This document shows, piece after piece, positions 24,500 to 39,700 of a stretch of 64,000 nt of DNA; positions within the stretch are counted from its first letter, which is position 1; each line of letters starts with the position of its first letter. The stretch is from Tubulanus polymorphus (Eukaryota; Animalia; Nemertea), in the NCBI RefSeq assembly GCF_964204645.1, contig NC_134031.1, forward strand, positions 21,262,910 to 21,326,909, given 5' to 3'. Under the pieces are notes generated by a model. The model saw only the letters and a list, made by a program, of their open reading frames with translations. It was not told where the DNA came from and did not search any database. The translations under genes and the position numbers were made by a program.

Positions 24500-27400
24500 A
24501 ATTTTCTTGCTGCCTTTGGTTCTGAAGATGATAGACTCAATCTGAAAAGATGGGTTAAGGCGTATTGAACTGATTTCAAATGGATAGGTGGAAAGATTAA
24601 GAATTTTCTGGCTATTTATGCTCCTGAAGATGATGGACTCGATCTGAAATGATAGGTTAAGGTAAACTGAACTGATTTCGAGTAGATGGACTGAAAGATA
24701 CAGATTTTTCTTGCAAAATAGGGTCCTAAAGATGATGAATTCTATTTTAATTGATGGGTTAGGGTGAACTGAACTGATTTCAAATAGATAAGTGGAAAGA
24801 ATCAGAATTTTCTGGCTGCCTTTGGTTCTGAAGATGATGGATTCAATCTGAAAAGATGGGTTAAGGCGTATTGAACTGATTTCAAATAGATAGATGGAAA
24901 GATTATGAATTTTCTGGCTATTTATGCTCCTGAAGATGATGGACTCGATCTGAAATGATAGGTTAAGGTAGACTGAACTGATTTCGAGTAGATGGACTGA
25001 AAGATACAGATTTTTCTTGCAAAATAGGGTCCTAAAGATGATGAATTCTATCTTAATTGATGGGTAAGGGTGTACTGAACTGATTTCAAATAGATAGGTA
25101 CGTTGAAAGAATCAGAATTTTCTGGCTGCTTTTGGTTCTGAAGATGATGGATTCAATCTGAAAAGATGTGTTAAGGCGCATTGAACTGATTTCAAATAGA
25201 TAGGTGGAGAGATTAAGAATTTTCTGGCTATTTATGCTCCTGAAGATGATGGACTCGATCTGAAATGATAGGTTAAGGTAAACTGAACTGATTTCGAGTA
25301 GATAGACTGAAAGATACAGATTTTTCTTGCAAAATAGGGTCCTAAAGATGATGAGTTCTATCTTAATTGATGGGTTAGGGTGTACTGAACTGATTTCAAA
25401 TAGATAGGTGGAAAGATTAAGAATTTTCTGGCTATTTATGCTCCTGAAAATGATGGACTCGATCTGAAATGATAGGTTAAGGTAAACTGAACTGGTTTCG
25501 AGTAGATGGACTGAAAGATACAGATTTTTCTTACAAAATAGGGTCCTAAAGATGATGAATTCTATCTTAAGTGATGGGTTAGGGTGTACTGAACTGATTT
25601 CAAATAGATAGGTTGAAAGAATCAGAATTTTCTTGCGGCCTTTGGTTCTGAAGATGATAGACTCAATCTGAAAAGATGGGTTAAGGCGTATTGAACTGAT
25701 TTCAAATGGATAGGTGGAAAGATTAAGAATTTTCTGGCTATTTATGCTCCTGAAGATGATGGACTCGATCTGAAATGATAGGTTAAGGTAAACTGAACTG
25801 ATTTCGAGTAGATGGACTGAAAGATACAGATTTTTCTTGCAAAATAGGGTCCTAAAGATGATGAATTCTATCATAATTGATGGGTTAGGGTGTACTGAAC
25901 TGATTTCAAATAGATAGCTTGAAAGATTAAGAACTTTCTGGCTGCTTTTGGTTCTGAAGATGATGGATTCAATCTGAAAAGATGGGTTAAGGCGTATTGA
26001 ACTGATTTCAAATGGATAGGTGGAAAGATTAAGAATTTTCTGGCTATTTATGCTCCTGAAGATGATGGACTCGATCTGAAATGATAGGTTAAGGTAAACT
26101 GAACTGATTTCGACTAGATGGACTGAAAGATACAGATTTTTCTTGCAAAATAGGGTCCTAAAGATGATGAATTCTATCTTAATTGATGGGTTAGGGTGAA
26201 CTGAACTGATTTCAAATAGATAGGTGGAAAGAATCAGAATTTTCTGGCTGCCTTTGGTTCTAAAGATGATGGACTCAATCTGAAAAGATGGGCAAAGGCG
26301 TATTGAACTGATTTCAAATAGATAGGTGGAAAGATTAAGAATTTTCTGGCTATTTATGCTCCTGAAGATGATGGACTCGATCTGAAATGATAGGTTAAGG
26401 TAGACTGAACTGATTTCGAGTAGATGGACTGAAAGATACAGATTTTTCTTGCAAAAAAGGGTCCTAAAGATGATGAGTTCTATCTTAATTGATGGGTTAG
26501 GGTGAACTGAACTGATTTCAAATAGATAGGTGGAAAGATTAAGAATTTTCGGGCTATTTATGCTCCTGAAGATGATGGACTCGATCTGAAATGATAGGTT
26601 AAGGTAAACTGAACTGATTTCGAATAGATGGACTGAAAGATACAGATTTTTCTTGCAAAATAGGGTCCTAAAGATGATGAATTCTATCTTAATTGATGGG
26701 TTAGGGTGTACTGAACTGATTTCAAATAGATAGGTTGAAAGAATCAGAATTTTCTGGCTGCTTTTGGTTCTGAAGATGATGGATTCAATCTGAAAAGATG
26801 GGTTAAGGCGTATTGAACTGATTTCAAATGGATAGGTGGAAAGATTAAGAATTTTCTGGCTATTTATGCTCCTGAAGATGATGGACTCGATCTGAAATGA
26901 TAGGTTAAGGTAAACTGAACTGATTTCGAGTAGATGGACTGAAAGATACAGATTTTTCTTGCAAAATAGGGTCCTAAAGATGATGAGTTCTATCTTAATT
27001 GATGGGTTAGGGTGTACTGAACTGATTTCAAATAGATCGGTTGAAAGAATCAGAATTTTCTGGCTGCTTTTGGTTCTGAAGATGATGGATTCAATCTGAA
27101 AAGATGTGTTAAGGCGTATTGAACTGATTTCAAATAGATAGGTGGAAAGATTAAGAATTTTCTGGCTATTTATGCTCCTGAAGATGATGGACTCGATCTG
27201 AAATGATAGGTTAAGGTAGACTGAACTGATTTCGAGTAGATGGACTGAAAGATACAGATTTTTCTTGCAAAATAGGGTCCTAAAGATGATGAGTTCTATC
27301 TTAATTGATGGGTTAGGGTGTACTGAACTGATTTCAAATAGATAGGTGGAAAGAATCAGAATTTTCTGGCTGCCTTTGGTTCTGAAGATGATAGACTCAA

Positions 27401-30100
27401 TCTGAAAAGATGGGTTAAGGCGTATTGAACTGATTTCAAATGGATAGGTGGAAAGATTAAGAATTTTCTGGCTATTTATGCTCCTGAAGATGATGGACTC
27501 GATCTGAAATGATAGGTTAAGGTAAACTGAACTGATTTCGAGTAGATGGACTGAAAGATACAGATTTTTCTTGCAAAATAGGGTCCTAAAGATGATGAAT
27601 TCTATTTTAATTGATGGGTTAGGGTGAACTGAACTGATTTCAAATAGATAAGTGGAAAGAATCAGAATTTTCTGGCTGCCTTTGGTTCTGAAGATGATGG
27701 ATTCAATCTGAAAAGATGGGTTAAGGCGTATTGAACTGATTTCAAATAGATAGATGGAAAGATTATGAATTTTCTGGCTATTTATGCTCCTGAAGATGAT
27801 GGACTCGATCTGAAATGATAGGTTAAGGTAGACTGAACTGATTTCGAGTAGATGGACTGAAAGATACAGATTTTTCTTGCAAAATAGGGTCCTAAAGATG
27901 ATGAATTCTATCTTAATTGATGGGTAAGGGTGTACTGAACTGATTTCAAATAGATAGGTACGTTGAAAGAATCAGAATTTTCTGGCTGCTTTTGGTTCTG
28001 AAGATGATGGATTCAATCTGAAAAGATGTGTTAAGGCGCATTGAACTGATTTCAAATAGATAGGTGGAGAGATTAAGAATTTTCTGGCTATTTATGCTCC
28101 TGAAGATGATGGACTCGATCTGAAATGATAGGTTAAGGTAAACTGAACTGATTTCGAGTAGATAGACTGAAAGATACAGATTTTTCTTGCAAAATAGGGT
28201 CCTAAAGATGATGAGTTCTATCTTAATTGATGGGTTAGGGTGTACTGAACTGATTTCAAATAGATAGGTGGAAAGATTAAGAATTTTCTGGCTATTTATG
28301 CTCCTGAAAATGATGGACTCGATCTGAAATGATAGGTTAAGGTAAACTGAACTGGTTTCGAGTAGATGGACTGAAAGATACAGATTTTTCTTACAAAATA
28401 GGGTCCTAAACATGATGAATTCTATCTTAAGTGATGGGTTAGGGTGTACTGAACTGATTTCAAATAGATAGGTTGAAAGAATCAGAATTTTCTTGCGGCC
28501 TTTGGTTCTGAAGATGATAGACTCAATCTGAAAAGATGGGTTAAGGCGTATTGAACTGATTTCAAATAGATAGGTGGAAAGATTAAGAATTTTCTGGCTA
28601 TTTATGCTCCTGAAGATGATGGACTCGATCTGAAATGATAGGTTAAGGTAAACTGAACTGATTTCGAGTAGATGGACTGAAAGATACAGATTTTTCTTGC
28701 AAAATAGGGTCCTAAAGATGATGAATTCTATCATAATTGATGGGTTAGGGTGTACTGAACTGATTTCAAATAGATAGCTTGAAAGATTAAGAACTTTCTG
28801 GCTGCTTTTGGTTCTGAAGATGATGGATTCAATCTGAAAAGATGGGTTAAGGCGTATTGAACTGATTTCAAATGGATAGGTGGAAAGATTAAGAATTTTC
28901 TGGCTATTTATGCTCCTGAAGATGATGGACTCGATCTGAAATGATAGGTTAAGGTAAACTGAACTGATTTCGAGTAGATGGACTGAAAGATACAGATTTT
29001 TCTTGCAAAATAGGGTCCTAAAGATGATGAATTCTATCTTAATTGATGGGTTAGGGTGAACTGAACTGATTTCAAATAGATAGGTGGAAAGAATCAGAAT
29101 TTTCTGGCTGCCTTTGGTTCTAAAGATGATGGACTCAATCTGAAAAGATGGGCAAAGGCGTATTGAACTGATTTCAAATAGATAGGTGGAAAGATTAAGA
29201 ATTTTCTGGCTATTTATGCTCCTGAAGATGATGGACTCGATCTGAAATGATAGGTTAAGGTAGACTGAACTGATTTCGAGTAGATGGACTGAAAGATACA
29301 GATTTTTCTTGCAAAAAAGGGTCCTAAAGATGATGAGTTCTATCTTAATTGATGGGTTAGGGTGAACTGAACTGATTTCAAATAGATAGGTGGAAAGATT
29401 AAGAATTTTCGGGCTATTTATGCTCCTGAAGATGATGGACTCGATCTGAAATGATAGGTTAAGGTAAACTGAACTGATTTCGAATAGATGGACTGAAAGA
29501 TACAGATTTTTCTTGCAAAATAGGGTCCTAAAGATGATGAATTCTATCTTAATTGATGGGTTAGGGTGTACTGAACTGATTTCAAATAGATAGGTTGAAA
29601 GAATCAGAATTTTCTGGCTGCTTTTGGTTCTGAAGATGATGGATTCAATCTGAAAAGATGGGTTAAGGCGTATTGAACTGATTTCAAATGGATAGGTGGA
29701 AAGATTAAGAATTTTCTGGCTATTTATGCTCCTGAAGATGATGGACTCGATCTGAAATGATAGGTTAAGGTAAACTGAACTGATTTCGAGTAGATGGACT
29801 GAAAGATACAGATTTTTCTTGCAAAATAGGGTCCTAAAGATGATGAGTTCTATCTTAATTGATGGGTTAGGGTGTACTGAACTGATTTCAAATAGATCGG
29901 TTGAAAGAATCAGAATTTTCTGGCTGCTTTTGGTTCTGAAGATGATGGATTCAATCTGAAAAGATGTGTTAAGGCGTATTGAACTGATTTCAAATAGATA
30001 GGTGGAAAGATTAAGAATTTTCTGGCTATTTATGCTCCTGAAGATGATGGACTCGATCTGAAATGATAGGTTAAGGTAAACTGAACTGATTTCGAGTAGA
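24500..30100. repeat. 2860-bp (28 monomers + 4 bp) higher-order duplication; boundaries approximate
   Basis: The 4-bp insertion (GGTACGTTG) at ~25099 and ~27959, ATAAGTGG at ~24790 and ~27650, and GATCGG at ~27037 and ~29897 are all 2860 apart. Confidence 0.9.
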
Positions 30101-33100
30101 TGGACTGAAAGATACAGATTTTTCTTGCAAAATAGGGTCCTAAAGATGATGAATTCTATCTTAATTGATGGGTTAGGGTGAACTGAACTGATTTCAAATA
30201 GATGGGTGGAAAGAATCAGAATTTTCTGGCTGCCTTTGGTTCTAAAGATGATGGACTCAATCTGAAAAGATGGGCTAAGGCGTATTGAACTGATTTCAAA
30301 GAGATAGGTTGAAAGATTAAGAATTTTCTGGCTATTTATGCTCCTGAAGATGATGGACTCGATCTGAAATGATAGGTTAAGGTAAACTGAACTGATTTCG
30401 AGCAGATGGACTGAAAGATACAGATTTTTCTTGCAAAATAGGGTCCTAAAGATGATGAGTTCTATCTTAATTGATGGGTTAGGGTGTACTGAACTGATTT
30501 CAAATAGATAGGTTGAAAGAATCAGAATTTTCTTGCTGCCTTAGGTTCTGAAGATGATGGACTCAATCTGAAAAGATGGGTTAAGGCGTATTGAACTGAT
30601 TTCAAATAGATAGGTGGAAAGATTAAGAATTTTCTGGCTATTTATGCTCCTGAAGATGATGGACTCGATCTGAAATGATAGGTTAAGGTAAACTGAACTG
30701 ATTTCGAGTAGATGGACTGAAAGATACAGATTTTTCTTGCAAAATAGGGTCCTAAAGATGATGAATTCTATCATAATTGATGGGTTAGGGTGTACTGAAC
30801 TGATTTCAAATAGATAGGTTGAAAGATTAAGAACTTTCTGGCTGCTTTTGGTTCTGAAGATGATGGATTCAATCTGAAAAGATGGGTTAAGGCGTATTGA
30901 ACTGATTTCAAATAGATAGGTGGAAAGATTAAGAATTTTCTGGCTATTTATGCTCCTGAAGATAATGGACTCGATCTGAAATGATAGGTTAAGGTAAACT
31001 GAACTGATTTCGAGTAGATGGACTGAAAGATACAGATTTTTCTTGCAAAATAGGGTCCTAAAGATGATGAATTCTATCTTAATTGATGGGTTAGGGTGAA
31101 CTGAACTGATTTCAAATAGATAGGTGGAAAGAATCAGAATTTTCTGGCTGCCTTTGGTTCTAAAGATGATGGACTCAATCTGAAAAGATGGGCAAAGGCG
31201 TATTGAACTGATTTCAAATAGATAGGTGGAAAGATTAAGAATTTTCTGGCTATTTATGCTCCTGAAGATGATGGACTCGATCTGAAATGATAGGTTAAGG
31301 TAGACTGAACTGATTTCGAGTAGATGGACTGAAAGATACAGATTTTTCTTGCAAAAAAGGGTCCTAAAGATGATGAGTTCTATCTTAATTGATGGGTTAG
31401 GGTGAACTGAACTGATTTCAAATAGATAGGTGGAAAGATTAAGAATTTTCGGGCTATTTATGCTCCTGAAGATGATGGACTCGATCTGAAATGATAGGTT
31501 AAGGTAAACTGAACTGATTTCGAATAGATGGACTGAAAGATACAGATTTTTCTTGCAAAATTGGGTCCTAAAGATGATGAATTCTATCTTAATTGATGGG
31601 TTAGGGTGTACTGAACTGATTTCAAATAGATAGGTTGAAAGAATCAGAATTTTCTGGCTGCTTTTGGTTCTGAAGATGATGGATTCAATCTGAAAAGATG
31701 GGTTAAGGCGTATTGAACTGATTTCAAATGGATAGGTGGAAAGATTAAGAATTTTCTGGCTATTTATGCTCCTGAAGATGATGGACTCGATCTGAAATGA
31801 TAGGTTAAGGTAAACTGAACTGATTTCGAGTAGATGGACTGAAAGATACAGATTTTTCTTGCAAAATAGGGTCCTAAAGATGATGAGTTCTATCTTAATT
31901 GATGGGTTAGGGTGTACTGAACTGATTTCAAATAGATCGGTTGAAAGAATCAGAATTTTCTGGCTGCTTTTGGTTCTGAAGATGATGGATTCAATCTGAA
32001 AAGATGTGTTAAGGCGTATTGAACTGATTTCAAATAGATAGGTGGAAAGATTAAGAATTTTCTGGCTATTTATGCTCCTGAAGATGATGGACTCGATCTG
32101 AAATGATAGGTTAAGGTAGACTGAACTGATTTCGAGTAGATGGACTGAAAGATACAGATTTTTCTTGCAAAATAGGGTCCTAAAGATGATGAATTCTATT
32201 TTAATTGATGGGTTAGGGTGAACTGAACTGATTTCAAATAGATAAGTGGAAAGAATCAGAATTTTCTGGCTGCCTTTGGTTCTGAAGATGATGGATTCAA
32301 TCTGAAAAGATGGGTTAAGGCGTATTGAACTGATTTCAAATAGATAGATGGAAAGATTATGAATTTTCTGGCTATTTATGCTCCTGAAGATGATGGACTC
32401 GATCTGAAATGATAGGTTAAGGTAGACTGAACTGATTTCGAGTAGATGGACTGAAAGATACAGATTTTTCTTGCAAAATAGGGTCCTAAAGATGATGAAT
32501 TCTATCTTAATTGATGGGTAAGGGTGTACTGAACTGATTTCAAATAGATAGGTACGTTGAAAGAATCAGAATTTTCTGGCTGCTTTTGGTTCTGAAGATG
32601 ATGGATTCAATCTGAAAAGATGTGTTAAGGCGCATTGAACTGATTTCAAATAGATAGGTGGAGAGATTAAGAATTTTCTGGCTATTTATGCTCCTGAAGA
32701 TGATGGACTCGATCTGAAATGATAGGTTAAGGTAAACTGAACTGATTTCGAGTAGATAGACTGAAAGATACAGATTTTTCTTGCAAAATAGGGTCCTAAA
32801 GATGATGAGTTCTATCTTAATTGATGGGTTAGGGTGTACTGAACTGATTTCAAATAGATAGGTGGAAAGATTAAGAATTTTCTGGCTATTTATGCTCCTG
32901 AAAATGATGGACTCGATCTGAAATGATAGGTTAAGGTAAACTGAACTGGTTTCGAGTAGATGGACTGAAAGATACAGATTTTTCTTACAAAATAGGGTCC
33001 TAAACATGATGAATTCTATCTTAAGTGATGGGTTAGGGTGTACTGAACTGATTTCAAATAGATAGGTTGAAAGAATCAGAATTTTCTTGCGGCCTTTGGT

Positions 33101-36100
33101 TCTGAAGATGATAGACTCAATCTGAAAAGATGGGTTAAGGCGTATTGAACTGATTTCAAATAGATAGGTGGAAAGATTAAGAATTTTCTGGCTATTTATG
33201 CTCCTGAAGATGATGGACTCGATCTGAAATGATAGGTTAAGGTAAACTGAACTGATTTCGAGTAGATGGACTGAAAGATACAGATTTTTCTTGCAAAATA
33301 GGGTCCTAAAGATGATGAATTCTATCATAATTGATGGGTTAGGGTGTACTGAACTGATTTCAAATAGATAGCTTGAAAGATTAAGAACTTTCTGGCTGCT
33401 TTTGGTTCTGAAGATGATGGATTCAATCTGAAAAGATGGGTTAAGGCGTATTGAACTGATTTCAAATGGATAGGTGGAAAGATTAAGAATTTTCTGGCTA
33501 TTTATGCTCCTGAAGATGATGGACTCGATCTGAAATGATAGGTTAAGGTAAACTGAACTGATTTCGAGTAGATGGACTGAAAGATACAGATTTTTCTTGC
33601 AAAATAGGGTCCTAAAGATGATGAATTCTATCTTAATTGATGGGTTAGGGTGAACTGAACTGATTTCAAATAGATAGGTGGAAAGAATCAGAATTTTCTG
33701 GCTGCCTTTGGTTCTAAAGATGATGGACTCAATCTGAAAAGATGGGCAAAGGCGTATTGAACTGATTTCAAATAGATAGGTGGAAAGATTAAGAATTTTC
33801 TGGCTATTTATGCTCCTGAAGATGATGGACTCGATCTGAAATGATAGGTTAAGGTAGACTGAACTGATTTCGAGTAGATGGACTGAAAGATACAGATTTT
33901 TCTTGCAAAAAAGGGTCCTAAAGATGATGAGTTCTATCTTAATTGATGGGTTAGGGTGAACTGAACTGATTTCAAATAGATAGGTGGAAAGATTAAGAAT
34001 TTTCGGGCTATTTATGCTCCTGAAGATGATGGACTCGATCTGAAATGATAGGTTAAGGTAAACTGAACTGATTTCGAATAGATGGACTGAAAGATACAGA
34101 TTTTTCTTGCAAAATAGGGTCCTAAAGATGATGAATTCTATCTTAATTGATGGGTTAGGGTGTACTGAACTGATTTCAAATAGATAGGTTGAAAGAATCA
34201 GAATTTTCTGGCTGCTTTTGGTTCTGAAGATGATGGATTCAATCTGAAAAGATGGGTTAAGGCGTATTGAACTGATTTCAAATGGATAGGTGGAAAGATT
34301 AAGAATTTTCTGGCTATTTATGCTCCTGAAGATGATGGACTCGATCTGAAATGATAGGTTAAGGTAAACTGAACTGATTTCGAGTAGATGGACTGAAAGA
34401 TACAGATTTTTCTTGCAAAATAGGGTCCTAAAGATGATGAGTTCTATCTTAATTGATGGGTTAGGGTGTACTGAACTGATTTCAAATAGATCGGTTGAAA
34501 GAATCAGAATTTTCTGGCTGCTTTTGGTTCTGAAGATGATGGATTCAATCTGAAAAGATGTGTTAAGGCGTATTGAACTGATTTCAAATAGATAGGTGGA
34601 AAGATTAAGAATTTTCTGGCTATTTATGCTCCTGAAGATGATGGACTCGATCTGAAATGATAGGTTAAGGTAAACTGAACTGATTTCGAGTAGATGGACT
34701 GAAAGATACAGATTTTTCTTGCAAAATAGGGTCCTAAAGATGATGAATTCTATCTTAATTGATGGGTTAGGGTGAACTGAACTGATTTCAAATAGATGGG
34801 TGGAAAGAATCAGAATTTTCTGGCTGCCTTTGGTTCTAAAGATGATGGACTCAATCTGAAAAGATGGGCTAAGGCGTATTGAACTGATTTCAAAGAGATA
34901 GGTTGAAAGATTAAGAATTTTCTGGCTATTTATGCTCCTGAAGATGATGGACTCGATCTGAAATGATAGGTTAAGGTAAACTGAACTGATTTCGAGCAGA
35001 TGGACTGAAAGATACAGATTTTTCTTGCAAAATAGGGTCCTAAAGATGATGAGTTCTATCTTAATTGATGGGTTAGGGTGTACTGAACTGATTTCAAATA
35101 GATAGGTTGAAAGAATCAGAATTTTCTTGCTGCCTTAGGTTCTGAAGATGATGGACTCAATCTGAAAAGATGGGTTAAGGCGTATTGAACTGATTTCAAA
35201 TAGATAGGTGGAAAGATTAAGAATTTTCTGGCTATTTATGCTCCTGAAGATGATGGACTCGATCTGAAATGATAGGTTAAGGTAAACTGAACTGATTTCG
35301 AGTAGATGGACTGAAAGATACAGATTTTTCTTGCAAAATAGGGTCCTAAAGATGATGAATTCTATCATAATTGATGGGTTAGGGTGTACTGAACTGATTT
35401 CAAATAGATAGGTTGAAAGATTAAGAACTTTCTGGCTGCTTTTGGTTCTGAAGATGATGGATTCAATCTGAAAAGATGGGTTAAGGCGTATTGAACTGAT
35501 TTCAAATAGATAGGTGGAAAGATTAAGAATTTTCTGGCTATTTATGCTCCTGAAGATAATGGACTCGATCTGAAATGATAGGTTAAGGTAAACTGAACTG
35601 ATTTCGAGTAGATGGACTGAAAGATACAGATTTTTCTTGCAAAATAGGGTCCTAAAGATGATGAATTCTATCTTAATTGATGGGTTAGGGTGAACTGAAC
35701 TGATTTCAAATAGATAGGTGGAAAGAATCAGAATTTTCTGGCTGCCTTTGGTTCTAAAGATGATGGACTCAATCTGAAAAGATGGGCAAAGGCGTATTGA
35801 ACTGATTTCAAATAGATAGGTGGAAAGATTAAGAATTTTCTGGCTATTTATGCTCCTGAAGATGATGGACTCGATCTGAAATGATAGGTTAAGGTAGACT
35901 GAACTGATTTCGAGTAGATGGACTGAAAGATACAGATTTTTCTTGCAAAAAAGGGTCCTAAAGATGATGAGTTCTATCTTAATTGATGGGTTAGGGTGAA
36001 CTGAACTGATTTCAAATAGATAGGTGGAAAGATTAAGAATTTTCGGGCTATTTATGCTCCTGAAGATGATGGACTCGATCTGAAATGATAGGTTAAGGTA

Positions 36101-36710
36101 AACTGAACTGATTTCGAATAGATGGACTGAAAGATACAGATTTTTCTTGCAAAATAGGGTCCTAAAGATGATGAATTCTATCTTAATTGATGGGTTAGGG
36201 TGTACTGAACTGATTTCAAATAGATAGGTTGAAAGAATCAGAATTTTCTGGCTGCTTTTGGTTCTGAAGATGATGGATTCAATCTGAAAAGATGGGTTAA
36301 GGCGTATTGAACTGATTTCAAATGGATAGGTGGAAAGATTAAGAATTTTCTGGCTATTTATGCTCCTGAAGATGATGGACTCGATCTGAAATGATAGGTT
36401 AAGGTAAACTGAACTGATTTCGAGTAGATGGACTGAAAGATACAGATTTTTCTTGCAAAATAGGGTCCTAAAGATGATGAGTTCTATCTTAATTGATGGG
36501 TTAGGGTGTACTGAACTGATTTCAAATAGATCGGTTGAAAGAATCAGAATTTTCTGGCTGCTTTTGGTTCTGAAGATGATGGATTCAATCTGAAAAGATG
36601 TGTTAAGGCGTATTGAACTGATTTCAAATAGATAGGTGGAAAGATTAAGAATTTTCTGGCTATTTATGCTCCTGAAGATGATGGACTCGATCTGAAATGA
36701 TAGGTTAAGG
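27530..36710. repeat. 4594-bp (45 monomers + 4 bp) tandem duplication; boundaries approximate
   Basis: Identical marker ORFs at 27946 and 32540 and at 30541 and 35135. The variant AAACATGATG occurs at ~28410 and ~33004. Confidence 0.9.
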
Positions 36711-39700
36711 TAAACTGAACTGATTTCGAGTAGATGGACTGAAAGATACAGATTTTTCTTGCAAAATAGGGTCCTAAAGATGATGAATTCTATCTTAATT
36801 GATGGGTTAGGGTGTACTGAACTGATTTCAAATAGATAGGTTGAAAGAATCAGAATTTTCTGGCTGCTTTTGGTTCTGAAGATGATGGATTCAATCTGAA
36901 AAGATGTGTTAAGGCGTATTGAACTGATTTCAAATAGATAGGTGGAAAGATTAAGAATTTTCTGGCTATTTATGCTCCTGAAGATGATGGACTCGATCTG
37001 AAATGATAGGTTAAGGTAGACTGAACTGATTTCGAGTAGATGGACTGAAAGATACAGATTTTTCTTGCAAAATAGGGTCCTAAAGATGATGAGTTCTATC
37101 TTAATTGATGGGTTAGGGTGTACTGAACTGATTTCAAATAGATAGGTGGAAAGAATCAGAATTTTCTGGCTGCCTTTGGTTCTGAAGATGATGGACTCAA
37201 TCTGAAAAGATGGGCTAAGGCGTATTGAACTGATTTCAAATAGATAGGTGGAAAGATTAAGAATTTTCTGGCTATTTATGCTCCTGAAGATGATGGACTC
37301 GATCTGAAATGATAGGTTAAGGTAGACTGAACTGATTTCGAGTAGATGGACTGAAAGATACAGATTTTTCTTGCAAAAAAGGGTCCTAAAGATGATGAGT
37401 TCTATCTTAATTGATGGGTTAGGGTGTACTGAACTGATTTCAAATAGATAGGTGGAAAGATTAAGAATTTTCTGGCTATTTATGCTCCTGAAGATGATGG
37501 ACTCGATCTGAAATGATAGGTTAAGGTAAACTGAACTGATTTCGAGTAGATGGACTGAAAGATACAGATTTTTCTTGCAAAATAGGGTCCTAAAGATGAT
37601 GAATTCTATCTTAATTGATGGGTTAGGGTGTACTGAACTGATTTCAAATAGATAGGTTGAAAGAATCAGAATTTTATGGCTGCTTTTGGTTCTGAAGATG
37701 ATGGATTCAATCTGAAAAGATGTGTTAAGGCGTATTGAACTGATTTCAAATAGATAGGTGGAAAGATTAAGAATTTTCTGGCTATTTATGCTCCTGAAGA
37801 TGATGGACTCGATCTGAAATGATAGGTTAAGGTAGACTGAACTGATTTCGAGTAGATGGACTGAAAGATACAGATTTTTCTTGCAAAATAGGGTCCTAAA
37901 GATGATGAATTCTATCTTAATTGATGGGTTAGGGTGAACTGAACTGATTTCAAATAGATGGGTGGAAAGAATCAGAATTTTCTGGCTGCCTTTGGTTCTA
38001 AAGATGATGGACTCAATCTGAAAAGATGGGCTAAGGCGTATTGAACTGATTTCAAAGAGATAGGTTGAAAGATTAAGAATTTTCTGGCTATTTATGCTCC
38101 TGAAGATGATGGACTCGATCTGAAATGATAGGTTAAGGTAAACTGAACTGATTTCGAGCAGATGGACTGAAAGATACAGATTTTTCTTGCAAAATAGGGT
38201 CCTAAAGATGATGAGTTCTATCTTAATTGATGGGTTAGGGTGTACTGAACTGATTTCAAATAGATAGGTTGAAAGAATCAGAATTTTCTTGCTGCCTTAG
38301 GTTCTGAAGATGATGGACTCAATCTGAAAAGATGGGTTAAGGCGTATTGAACTGATTTCAAATAGATAGGTGGAAAGATTAAGAATTTTCTGGCTATTTA
38401 TGCTCCTGAAGATGATGGACTCGATCTGAAATGATAGGTTAAGGTAAACTGAACTGATTTCGAGTAGATGGACTGAAAGATACAGATTTTTCTTGCAAAA
38501 TAGGGTCCTAAAGATGATGAATTCTATCATAATTGATGGGTTAGGGTGTACTGAACTGATTTCAAATAGATAGGTTGAAAGATTAAGAACTTTCTGGCTG
38601 CTTTTGGTTCTGAAGATGATGGATTCAATCTGAAAAGATGGGTTAAGGCGTATTGAACTGATTTCAAATAGATAGGTGGAAAGATTAAGAATTTTCTGGC
38701 TATTTATGCTCCTGAAGATGATGGACTCGATCTGAAATGATAGGTTAAGGTAAACTGAACTGATTTCGAGTAGATGGACTGAAAGATACAGATTTTTCTT
38801 GCAAAATAGGGTCCTAAAGATGATGAATTCTATCTTAATTGATGGGTTAGGGTGAACTGAACTGATTTCAAATAGATAGGTGGAAAGAATCAGAATTTTC
38901 TGGCTGCCTTTGGTTCTGACGATGATGGACTCAATCTGAAAAGATGGGCAAAGGCGTATTGAACTGATTTCAAATAGATAGGTGGAAAGATTAAGAATTT
39001 TCTGGCTATTTATGCTCCTGAAGATGATGGACTCGATCTGAAATGATAGGTTAAGGTAGACTGAACTGATTTCGAGTAGATGGACTGAAAGATACAGATT
39101 TTTCTTGCAAAAAAGGGTCCTAAAGATGATGAGTTCTATCTTAATTGATGGGTTAGGGTGTACTGAACTGATTTCAAATAGATAGGTGGAAAGATTAAGA
39201 ATTTTCGGGCTATTTATGCTCCTGAAGATGATGGACTCGATCTGAAATGATAGGGTAAGGTAAACTGAACTGATTTCGAATAGATGGACTGAAAGATACA
39301 GATTTTTCTTGCAAAATAGGGTCCTAAAGATGATGAATTCTATCTTAATTGATGGGTTAGGGTGTACTGAACTGATTTCAAATAGATAGGTTGAAAGAAT
39401 CAGAATTTTCTGGCTGCTTTTGGTTCTGAAGATGATGGATTCAATCTGAAAAGATGTGTTAAGGCGTATTGAACTGATTTCAAATAGATAGGTGGAAAGA
39501 TTAAGAATTTTCTGGCTATTTATGCTCCTGAAGATGATGGACTCGATCTGAAATGATAGGTTAAGGTAGACTGAACTGATTTCGAGTAGATGGACTGAAA
39601 GATACAGATTTTTCTTGCAAAATAGGGTCCTAAAGATGATGAGTTCTATCTTAATTGATGGGTTAGGGTGTACTGAACTGATTTCAAATAGATAGGTGGA